DNA of 61,630 nt, filler included, from Sphacelaria rigidula (lineage: Eukaryota), in NCBI GenBank assembly GCA_964200075.2. It is 5 parts of 5 records of this genome, joined end to end, with 100 filler letters (N's around TTAATTAATTAA, not from the genome) between each part and the next. Parts side by side here need not be neighbours in the genome. Positions count along the whole stretch, not along the records: positions 49,389 to 61,630 come from CAXNAA020003964.1; 4 more parts are not named here. One strand, written 5' to 3'. The stretch's first letter is position 1; each line of letters starts with the position of its first letter. Of this stretch, positions 50,980-61,630 are shown piece after piece. Both the position numbers and the translations under genes were made by a program. The notes under the pieces were generated by a model. That model saw nothing but the letters and a program-made list of their open reading frames with translations, did not search any database and was not told where the DNA came from.

Positions 50980-53064
50980 TTCTCTGATAACTAGCTTCAG
51001 AATTTCAGACAGAAGCTGCGTAGGTAAGAAACATGTTCACTATCAGCAATAAATTATCTGCACAAGGCAAACTACTTGCACGAAAACCACAGACTCCAGT
51101 CAACCCTCTACCGTGAAAAGGATAGCCAAATTAGAGAGAATAGCAGCGGTTGTTACAACTCCAACACAACATAGCCCAACCACTATCGGAACGTACGTGA
51201 ATGTATGACGAGCATGAACGATGAACCGAATAGTGACTGGTGATAGCATAGCATTAACCGCCTTTCAATAGCCAACTTCGGTTATTCAAATAGTGCGACA
51301 ACATATGCCACAGAATCATAGAACAGTACGTAAAACGTACCAGCTTTTCACCGGAAGACTAAATACTCTAAGGATCGGTGCGGTAGCGTATACCCGGTAT
51401 CCTAAATACTCATGTTTTGGGCAAGTCGTTGCGATCGTACTTCACCACCACCACCTGGGAATGCCTGCCGCGTGATAGTTGTCGTGGCATTTCCCAGCGC
51501 GCGAAGGCTGCTGCTATCATGGTCTCGGAATAGCGCTTGAAATAGCACCCATGCCCTCCAGGGTAGGGCAGTTTACATGGACCCACTCTCCGGCTGCCGA
51601 CCGACAAAGACTTGTGGCCCGTCCCACCGCAAACCAGCTAGTCTGTCCAATGCACAACAACACCTGGACGCACGCTGTTTCCGCCTCTTGCACGTATCTT
51701 TCCATTATCTGCACATGGATTTCCGCCACTCCTCTATTATTTCTAACAGTTCCCATAGCACGCATCCGGCCTCATTGCACGCAAACGCCGGCGTCACCGT
51801 TGGTATCCGGGGACTCTTATCTGCTGCTTGTACTGCTTTTGCATGCCCTCATACGTCCACAACGGCGCTGTCGTTTGGTGTCCTCCCAAGCCGTGTGCAC
51901 GGTGTGCCCCACTCTGCAGCATGCCAAATATGGAACATGAAAAATGTTTCACGGTTACTTCTGCACATCTAGTGCTATATACGAGGACGGGTTGAAACCT
52001 ACGCACGACATCTCACGCATTCACGATACAGGGTACACGGGTCGCATATTCCTACGAGGACCAGCCGTTTCGAGACCTTTTCTGCTCACCTGAGGCCATC
52101 GATCTGAGAGCGTAGCATGCGGGCACCGTTCTCGACCACAGCGGCGCGCATCAAGTTTGTCGATATCGACATGGAGTACATTATGCCTCCCGTTGCACCC
52201 CGTTGGAAGCAAGAACACTTTCTGCCGAGCCCTGTGCCTCTTGACGATCCGAGAACGTTGCGATGCACCAGTTGGGCTTTTCTTCCGACTTCTACATTGG
52301 TCGCTGGTCGCTTGATCGTTCCACCCTCTGTTGTGCCTATGTAAGCCTCTCCACTACGAAAGTAGTCGCTGCGAACACTATATGCATGTCGCACAAACAC
52401 GTCCTGGGGCCCAACAGGGTTACTGGCGGAACATACTGGTTACTGGTTACTATATTGCACACCCTGAACAATACAATACCCTCTCTGTCCCATAAGTAAA
52501 CTATGGTATGGGCGGCAGATCGGATCTCGCCGATGCATGTGCCCATTATGCTATACTTAGGTTCGCTGGAAAGCTCTGGTCATGGCGGTGACCACAGAAA
52601 AAAGTTAGTCAAATTCCGACTCGTACTTACTGAGAACGTTTGGGTCGAAAATGACAAATTTTCGACCAAATTCGACCAGTTTAAACCACATTCGGCGTAG
52701 GTTCGACGAAATTGGCCTGTTTTATATTAAACGAAGGCTGCTACGTGACCGAGGGGTTTTGGACGACACGTAGATGTCACACACAAGCGACGCATCGGAG
52801 AAAAATAGTCAGTTTCCATTTTGTTCGCGATTTTGGCCATTTTCCCGTGATTCCGTCGTTCTTCTCAGCTTTCCGGAAAAGGGGCAAAATAGGGCCTTTT
52901 TTCGGCACTGGTGTTTTTTGGGCCGTTCGTCCATGGCAGGTAGTGCGCAAAAAAAGGGGGGGGTGTTAACTAAAAAAACACCAACGATCCATCACCTACG
53001 GCAAAGGACACGGTTAAGAGTCCGTGAAATCATAACATAGTTTACTTATGAGACAGAGGAAGTA

Positions 53065-54690
53065 TGTAATATATATTGCCCGCTCAATATATCGACGCGT
53101 CGGGTGTTCTATATATATTGGGCGAGCAATATGATGGCACGAGGGAGGGTCAATATATATTGTGCCATCAACCTGTCAAGGCTCGCGACGTGCAATATAT
53201 ATCGACCGAACAGTATATCACGACACGCGCCACCTCAATATATATTGGCCGAGTAATATGTTGGTGCGAGAAGGCACCAATATATATATATATATATATA
53301 TTTGTCGAGTAATATACTGGCTGCCACACGAGATCAATATATACTGATGATTCAATATACTCAACACCCGAAGCGCCAATATATATTGCCGCCCCAATAT
53401 GTCTTGCGTCAATGCGTCCAATATATATTGGGCGGACAATACACGAGGGAACTGACGGTCACACACAATATATATATATATATTTTCAACATGTAGATTG
53501 GACAGCGTATTGGAAATAGTATGGCGGGAAATTCTATGTTCGCGGGCGCCATTGAAAGATGTATCACCACATGCCGAAAACGCTCAAGATATTCCTCCGC
53601 AAGCGTGTTCAACATTTATCGGCTGCACAATAGCTATGCGATGAGCGTGCGCAATATATATTGGAAAAACAAAACTTTTGCATGTTTTGCGTTCAATATA
53701 TGTTATGGTAACAATATGCTACGCATCGCTTCGACTCCATATATATTGACATTTCAATACATACACGGTCGGCATGCACAATATATATTGAATGTTTTAT
53801 TCCCGCAGCAAACGGATGTCCAATATATTTTGTCATACATTACTTCATGATCATGACACGAGCAATATATGTTGTTGCTTCAATGTCTCCGAGGACATCT
53901 CAACACAATATCTATTGAAAGGACAATACTTGAGCTGGCTCCAATACAAAGTATTGGTATCAAATGCGAACATATTGTATTGTTCAGGGTATAAGTAACA
54001 CAGCACCGGTGACTGCAGCGGTACCAAAAGGCGCATATCGACCCGCGTTTTCTGTCATCGTGATGTTTAGCCAAGATATCTTAATTATATGGTGTGAAGG
54101 GGATGGGCGGCCCTGCACCGGTGGCGAAATAGATATCAGGAGGCATATATACCGGGTCGCCTCTTCTGTCACCATATTTTCTGACCAGTATATATATGTG
54201 TGTGTGTCAAACGCATTCGACAACTCTCCGCAGTAATGCACGCAAACTTCTGCGACTCCCTTTAAAGCTTTTCCCAATCTGCACGGGCTCCGGCATCCAT
54301 GGCGTCCGGATTTTTGTTACAGCGTACACCATACTTATAATTTCCAATATATATTTTGACCGACCAATACATTGGCATCCACGCAGACCCAATATATTTT
54401 GACCGGTCAATATGTTATCATGAATGCGACCCTGATATATATTGGTCGTGCAATACGCTGTCGCCCACGCTGCCCGAATATATATTGATGGGACAATATG
54501 TCTTCAACCCCGTGGTACCAATATATATTGGGCGGGCAATATTTATGCAGTCCCACAACATCAATATATATCGGGCGCGCAATACGTGTGCACTCTAAGG
54601 GTACCAATATATACTACACCGGCAATATATCGCAAAATTCGAATATAATCGGCTAATATATATTGGAAACATACTGTATTGTCCAGGGTG
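53065..54690. repeat. Array of dispersed palindromic CAATATATATTG motifs ending at a CCAGGGTG terminus (probable subterminal region of a DNA transposon)
   Basis: Dozens of aatatatatt-like boxes separated by variable 20-35 bp; the last 8 bp equal the right terminus of the 50554 MITE. Confidence 0.7.
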
Positions 54691-54929
54691 TGCTATATTG
54701 ACATGATTGCAGATTGCAGATTCGCCTTCCTCAGTGAACCAAAAGTGGGAGAAAAACGTTTTGGACAAGGATGATAAGAGTAGGAATTATCAAAAAGGTG
54801 GGTTGATACGGGCGCGGGATGCGCCCTTCGCCACCACCCATCGTACTTAACAAATCTTTATCTCAACCGTCCAATTCAAACATGGTTGCTAGTGAACAAG
54901 CTAGCACAGCAAGGAGTATGACCAGTTAA

Positions 54930-55337
54930 CACAGGATTCTATAAAATGAGGTTCATCAATGAAATGAGGTTCGAGCTCAAAACAGTACTTTCTCCACGCT
55001 TTCAGTGATAGTGCCCAAAGACTTTCTTGTCGGCCTAATGCCCCCCGATGGCCTAGATACTTCTTCAGCGCATTTTGTCGACTCTGTGAGCTTACAGCGC
55101 TGTCCGAAACCGCCATTTCTACTTATTTTTTAGGGGGGGTAATATCAGGGAAAACAGGAGTTTCGGTCAGCGCTGTAAGCTCACAGAGTCGGTAAAATGC
55201 GCTTAAAAAGTATCTACGCGATTGAGGGGCATTAGGCCGACAAAAACGTCATTGGGCNNNNNNNNNNGTGTGGAGAAAGTACTGTTTTGGGCTCGAACCT
55301 CATTTCATTGATGAACATCATCTTATAGAATTCTCTG
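54930..55337. mobile_element. Foldback MITE, about 408 bp
   Basis: Arms of about 185 bp: gattctataaaatgaggttcatcaatgaaatgaggttcgagctcaaaacagtact... and the reverse complement at 55270-55337. Confidence 0.85.
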
Positions 55338-56211
55338 TTAGTTGTCGTTTTATGGAACTGCCACGCATCGAGAAGTCCGGTCATGGGGAATTATAAACAG
55401 TTTTGGATCCTCGTTCTCATTTCCGGCGAAAGATCTGCCAGCGTGGTCCCAGAGAAAACGAAATTTCAGTCGATTTTTGTCAGCCTAGGGAGCAGAAATG
55501 TTGTCACGACAATTGTTTCACGAATGGGAACGTCGTGTTCTGTACACACATTGTATGAAAACTTGTGCTGCATTCTGCAAGAGCAGGCAGGGCCGGTAAA
55601 CGCTTAGTCATGGTTACTATGAACGAATGACCATAACAATCATTTTGGAGTTTTTACAGGCACGCGATACAGCTAGTGTTGGCTTGATCCCTTGTACCGC
55701 TGTCAAGTAGTTGAGGACTACCCTGCTCGAGGCGGCAGTGCTTTCGAGAGTGTCGATAACGAGTTGGAAATGGTAGATGGGGGGCGAAAAGGTTTTCAGT
55801 TTTCGACGTATCATTATCGTATCGAGATGCGGGGTCGGGTGATGACCAAACCACATCATCGTTCGATATGATTAGGAAACGATTAATTGAGTTTACGCCA
55901 CTTTCTGCGCGTTGATGTAGATGTAGATCCCTGCATAGGCAATCAGAGAGGGGGGTTTTGGCCATTATGCAAAGTTTTCGTTTTGCTTCCGAAAGGCGCG
56001 AGGTAGGGGACGGATGGGCGACGGTCGGAGTTTGACTCAAGGCAGCAATTTGTACACATGGGGTACTTGTGTGTATGTTTGTTACCGTTAGACAGGGCAA
56101 TATATCCTAAAGTGCGTTCATCGGTCTAAATCTGATGCATGCTGGAGAAGTTTGGCAAATAATTCATGAACGAAGCATCGAACAAATCTTGGCAAATCCT
56201 TCGAAAGAGTG

Positions 56212-56458
56212 ATGCAACGGTAGGGGTGCACGAATATTTTTTGAGGTTGGAATTGCTAGGAGCTCTTTATCTCATGCAAAACACGACCTATGAAAAGATG
56301 TGAAAGTACGCCAGGATTACTACTCCAATGCGCTGGGGATATCCCGAATGAATTTGCGAACGGGAATGCCCTGGCCCATATTTTTGTGCATCTCAAATCG
56401 TTAGGAGCTCCTGAAGTGGACATAATTTCGCGAAAAAAGTGCACCCCTACCGTAGCAT
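56212..56458. mobile_element. Small TIR element
   Basis: atgcaacggtaggggtgcac / gtgcacccctaccgtagcat (19 of 20 inverted match). Confidence 0.7.
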
Positions 56459-56567
56459 TGCTCGAAATACACCATCTATCCGATAAATCAACTGCATGCT
56501 TAACATCTGTGCCACGCGTTTGAACCCTGCTGTCTGTACCCCGCTATCGACATTTATGCCCATGTAG

Positions 56568-57215
56568 AACGCAGCCGCCACATCGTTTGGGCTGCTCGGG
56601 GAGGGCGTTTTGCCGCACCCGTATATATTCCAGGTATCTTCAGTTGGGGAAGTAGTTGCCATACCTCAAGATCAGACCATCGTGCTCATGCGGTCGAAGC
56701 TCAGTGGCACTTCTGCCACCTCGGAAGAGTGGCTCCCCGACACTTTCATCGCTCAGCTTTTTTGCAATAGCAAGGCGCTCACGGTCGGGGGACTTGAAGA
56801 CAAAACCGTCGATGAGATGAGCCTCCTGGAATTGGTACCCGTGTTCATCAGTTCAAATCGGGGCGCCGGTGGTGACAGGCTGGTCGTGATTGACGGCACC
56901 AGCGTCTTGCAATCGATGTTCGATCCCGGAAGCGAAGCGCCGCTGTCGACTTCGGGCGGGAACACCGCCGGGGAGAACGGCGGAACTCTGTACTTGGGCA
57001 CGCTGGACTTGGCATTGGCCGTCGACGTCGACGAGGGCGACGGTCACGAGCTGATATCCAGGGTACACATTGTCGAGGCGCCGTGGCCGCCGGTGTACGT
57101 GCTCGAAACAGTGGCTGCCCCAACAGGGATCGTTCTGGTGAACAACGTCAACTGTGGGTACCTAGACCTTGCGATCAACCTGCTGCGGTCCGTTCGGAAC
57201 GTGAGCAATGCGAAG
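56568..57215 (+). CDS. Nucleotide-diphospho-sugar transferase (GT77-like), first recognisable exon
   Basis: catgtag| acceptor; open frame ending GIVLVNNVNCGYLDLAINLLRSVRNVSNAK; AAG|gtgcga donor. Start exon not identified. Confidence 0.75.
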
Positions 57216-57733
57216 GTGCGAAAATGGAGCCGGGGCTTCGGCGTTGTGGTCTTGTTACGAAAATATGCATTTGTAGCCTATCAGCTACCCTCTAATGAAA
57301 CTCCCGACGGTCGAGTGATGCTAGGGTCATATCGCGTCCATAGTCACACATCCTTGACGTAAACACTACGTGCAATTTCTTGTTGACGACGTAAATCTCG
57401 GGTCATTGACATGCGTGACAGTTGAAATGATCTCATCCTTCGATGATCCCTAGCCCAAACACCTGTCGTTTGTACCTGCCTCGGATGTGGCTTTCTTCAC
57501 GTTTCCCGCTTTCTTCGCTTCTTTTTGTTCCTTTTCCCATTGCCTTTCCTTTCCTTCTCTGTAGCTGAGGTGTAATGCTGTTTCTGTGTCCCTCTTGCAG
57601 AGCTGGTGGGTGAAACTCCTACGCTAAAAATGCGTCCCCGGAGAGCAGTCAAATCCATCAAATCAATCAAACAGTCCATCTACTAACTGTTCCCCGTGTT
57701 CCTGTCGTAAAAACTTGTGTGGTTTGGACGCAG

Positions 57734-57823
57734 ATTTTTTGGATCACCATGGACGATGTTTCATTCGAATTCATGGATGATCTAGAGCCCGGATGCGTCG
57801 CCATGTATCCCTACAAAGGCACG
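57734..57823 (+). CDS. GT77-like transferase exon
   Basis: gcag|IFWITMDDVSFEFMDDLEPGCVAMYPYKGT|gtgaga; phase 0. Confidence 0.8.
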
Positions 57824-58155
57824 GTGAGACAAGATGGTGTGATGCCAGAAACCTACCTTGCTCGCACACTGGACTATGTTGGTGTACATGACAGGCAAAG
57901 GAGTGCTGAAAATTCCTCCTGGTGATGACAAACTTAATACCGCCGTGTGTAACACTGATACCATCGGACTCTACTGCCTCCAATTTTTAGTTTTGGAGGG
58001 GAATCGTGACAAACTGAACCAGGAACCTGCTGACCGTAAGCTTCGGGAACAGCCTGAATAGCATATTATACTGGGCTCCCACTTTTCTTCAGTAATCACC
58101 GACCAACGAAGTGTTAATTGTTTGTGTTGCGTCGGATGCCGTACCTTTACGACAG

Positions 58156-58341
58156 GAGCGGCATCACGCCATCGAGGCGGGGGTATTCCGAGACAAGACC
58201 TTCAAAAGTCAAGTCCTCGTCCGACCGAGCATTTTGCTGCAAATTTTGAATCAAGGGTTTACATTGCTCTGGACCGACTCTGACATGGTCTGGTTGCAGA
58301 ATCCTCTGCCGCTGTTGCCAGACTTGGACGATCCGACTGCG
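58156..58341 (+). CDS. GT77-like transferase exon with DxD motif
   Basis: RPSILLQILNQGFTLLWTDSDMVWLQNPLP; acag| acceptor and |gtgagg donor. Confidence 0.9.
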
Positions 58342-59172
58342 GTGAGGATTTGTTGTCCTGTGACAATACGTAGATGGTGGGTAAAATCATGCGGTGACCT
58401 TGCTTCTAATCCATCTGACTCCGCCCTGTACATGGTCGGTACGTTGAGTAGTACTCGCTTTTCACCATAACGAACGGGGTTACGGATGACCGCTGATGGT
58501 CTGACGGGAAGTCGGTCACAGCTGATAGCCTCGCAGGGACAGCGGGTTAAAGGCTTTCTAGTGCTGAAGAAGGATACGCCAAGCTCATAAATCGACACAA
58601 AAGGGGCTGATCATGAGATGGGGCACAGGAACCATTCGTGTGGTGTAAGAAATACACCGAGCTCATCCTACAACGCAGTATCAAACATGAAGATTCGAAA
58701 CTGCGCCTTGTACTAAAAGGGCAAGAAGGGAAGAACAACGTATATTTGAAGCAGGAGCTTATGTAACATGCTTTGGGCAGGCATTTTCTGTAACTAATTA
58801 TATTTGGTTTGTTCACCTTGATCTTTGTTACGAAGCGCCGTGTTAAAATTGTGTGTCATTTCTTGGTCAGGGATCTGAAATTGAAGTGCCGAAGACACGG
58901 TGGGTGGATGCACATCACGCAGGTCCGTGGGGTTATGTCATCAAGATATATCGCTCCAATTCCGCGAGTGCCAGCATCTCCTTACTTGTACAGCTTCTGC
59001 AATGAGACGGAGCTATGTTTGAGTTGTGCATAGATGGAGAAGGGTGAAAAACCCTCGCATGGCGTTCCGCGGCATCCCCTCGGAATCGTTGTGTCAAATG
59101 GTTGCGAATAACCCCCTGCTTACCCATTCGGTCAATGTCACAAATTTCTGTTGCCATGTTTTTCGTGGGCAG

Positions 59173-59313
59173 GCCGATTTGATGCTTCAGTACGATAACT
59201 CGGAGGACAACAAGTGCACCTGCCTCCTGTTCATGAAACCCCACGAGCGTGTGACGAAGCTTTTGGAATTGTGGATACAGGCGATTGTCGACGAGGAGCC
59301 GAAGGATGATCAG
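59173..59313 (+). CDS. GT77-like transferase exon (GC donor)
   Basis: ADLMLQYD..CTCLLFMKP...LLELW...DDQ then CAG|gcgagt. Confidence 0.85.
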
Positions 59314-59362
59314 GCGAGTACCAGTCTTACTCCGGCGCTGTCCGAGCAAAACCGGCCTCAGC

Positions 59363-59647
59363 CCTTTGACGGCGAGAGTAGATCATGTGTTGGAGCGGTA
59401 CTAATTTCACTTCAAAAATGTACACATGGCCCAGGTGGATCACCCTTTGACGGAGAGGATGATCCATCTGGATCGTGCATTCTTTTTTCAGGTGGAATTG
59501 ATGCCGATTCAACAGATGACCTGCTCTCGCTGTCTAAGGGTTATAATGCATCAGCGAGAGTAGATCATCTGTTGAATCGGCATTAATTTCACCTGAAAAA
59601 ATAGTATGCGTCATCCAGATGGACTTCCGTCGCGGTTTAAGGGTTAA
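59363..59647. mobile_element. Cluster of short CCCTT...AAGGG (piggyBac-like) inverted-repeat units in an intron
   Basis: ccctttgacggcgagagtagatcat / atgacctgctctcgctgtctaaggg, plus an overlapping long hairpin at 59463-59622. Confidence 0.55.
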
Positions 59648-60408
59648 TGGGGGAAGAGACATTTGGTTCCGCCTGAAACCCCAATGACATAAATTTCGGG
59701 TGGCTTGCAAATATCCTCTGGCCAGTTGGGCAGCGGCTTTTTTGCGTGGCGAATCTGTATGTTGGATCGTTTGTTTTGCATCATATGAAGGTACTACTAT
59801 TCGCGGATATAGGATCAGATGGTGACGCCAGGAAACCGTGTACCGATGAGTGGGACGGGAACATTGTGGGGGAGCTATCAAATACGCTATTTTCTATACG
59901 CTACTGGCGCTGATGTCCGGGTAGAAAAAAATATACATCGGTGATACTGCCAAAAAAAAGCCGACTGATGAACAGTTGCGCGGCACCCTGCGGATGTACT
60001 CATCGTCACTCACTTCATGTGTGTATACATACGTTGGTACACATTATCGGACACACTGTGTTGTGCACAAGGAATGAATGGTAGAGTATGGTACCACCGG
60101 TATATCATAGATTGATCATATCCCATACCTGGTCAACAGTGTAGCAGTGCGCGTTTACGGGGTATCAAATCGAGGGCTACATGTGTATGGCCAAGTTCCG
60201 TGATCATCTCGCCTACAGCACTATATACAACCACGAAAACGTTTCCAATGTCTTGATTGGTGGTCCATGTGACCCTACTACATTACCTGCTGTACATCAG
60301 TACGCAAGTTACGTGTGAGGTGACACCAAACCACTCCTTCGTTGTACAGCTCCTTATAACACATTCGAATCGCATTGTTGCGTTGCATACGTCATGCATT
60401 CCGACCAG

Positions 60409-60666
60409 GCAGCCTTTGGGGGCCCTTGGGAGGTGCAGACAAACGAAGGGTTGCGCACGGATGTAATCCCGGAGAACGTGTTCCCTTCAGGGAAGGTGTT
60501 TTTCGACCACCCGTGGGAGGAACAATACGTCCGGAAGTATTTTCCCGACATTTGTATCGTGCACAACAACTGGATTTCGGGACACGACAGCAAGGTTGAA
60601 CGATTCAAGGAATACCACCTCTGGGGCGTGGAGAATGTGCTCTTCCCTGCATGTGAGCGACGCTGA
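60409..60666 (+). CDS. GT77-like transferase last exon
   Basis: ccag|AAF...FPSGKVFF...IVHNNWISGHDSKVERFKEYHLW..., ending in TGA; HxNW motif typical of the family. Confidence 0.9.
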   Translation, partial: AAFGGPWEVQTNEGLRTDVIPENVFPSGKVFFDHPWEEQYVRKYFPDICIVHNNWISGHDSKVERFKEYHLWGVENVLFPACERR

Positions 60667-61630
60667 GAATGTTTCGGGTCAGACGGCGTCGGGTACTTTG
60701 TGGGGAGGAGAAAAATCGATCCTGTAAATACCCGGATCTTGCGAAGAACAAAGAAGACTGTTCGAACCTGGAAAGAGAAGACTGCTCAAGCTCGTCTACT
60801 CGGTGGACTAGGCGAAGATGATAACAATCTACCTTATTTGGGCACAGGGCTGTTCCGTGGTCTGTGACCCGTACACAGGGTCAGATGGACACGACTGGTA
60901 AAGTCGATCAAGGGATACGGCCGAGCCGATCAGGTTGTTATAGAAGAGTAGCATTACGTAGCTAGACAAAGGAAAGAGGAGGAAGTATTTTGGGTGGGGA
61001 CCAACACCAGGAGAAACGAGGCCTCTCAACCAGACAGTACGTAAGGGAGTCCAGTACATTCGTCGACTATTGATATCAAGTCCCACCGCATGTAACTATC
61101 GAAGCAGGTACAGACAAGCACCTCTGTACCGTGTCATCTAAGCAGTACCGTAGACTATGCTGAAAAGCCTATCCACTCGGATAAGGGTTGGACTGCCCAA
61201 AAAACCCATGTAGTGTCAAACGGTCATTTTGCTTTACAGGAAATGGTCATCTGGTCTTGAAGACGCTGGGTCGGGGAAAGCTGAGCATATCGCTATAATG
61301 GGCTTGTTCAGGTGGTCATGAGCACATATCCAACTGATAAATCCCCCAAGTTGGCGTTATAGTACTCGCATTTCCATGTTTGCACTTGTTTCTATCAGGT
61401 GTTCGTGTTGGCCCCTTCGAAGAACATTGATGAAAAGGTAGGGCTGTGAACTGGACTGGTTTGTACTGGTACTTAAACTGGAACTGGAGTTTAAGTGGAA
61501 CTAACAGTGGACTCTAGAAAATGGGGTTCATCTACAAAATGAGGTTGACGTGGCATTTCTCTTTTGCAGGGAAGACGCGAAACACTTACGACCAAGCGAA
61601 GCCATCTTTCCCCCCCAAATGTCCGCAGCA

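Overview
Eukaryotic DNA, inferred to be from a brown alga (Phaeophyceae) from intron style and repeat content. The window is not one locus. It is five unrelated, size-sorted contigs (12249, 12248, 12246, 12245 and 12242 bp) joined by 100-bp N/TTAATTAATTAA/N linkers. Contig A (1-12249): six minus-strand exons of a GCFC2/PAXBP1-like spliceosome factor, with introns full of LINE fragments and MITEs. Contig B (12350-24597): a ~9 kb degenerate, intron-containing coding region with the domain order of an AcademX DNA transposon (DDE-type transposase, XPG/PIN nuclease, Cys-rich finger) plus an N-terminal RanBP2-like zinc finger; this is the most notable item. Contig C (24698-36943): an RT-deleted chromodomain Ty3/gypsy element, a truncated Ty1/copia gag-protease, and a ~61-bp satellite with MITE insertions. 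Contig D (37044-49288): almost entirely a related ~60-bp satellite with two subtypes and a solo LTR. Contig E (49389-61630): a degenerate KDZ-like transposase with an AATATATATT-rich end, foldback MITEs, and the last five exons of a GT77-like nucleotide-diphospho-sugar transferase with a GC-AG intron. All protein family calls come from motifs recognised by eye, not from database searches.
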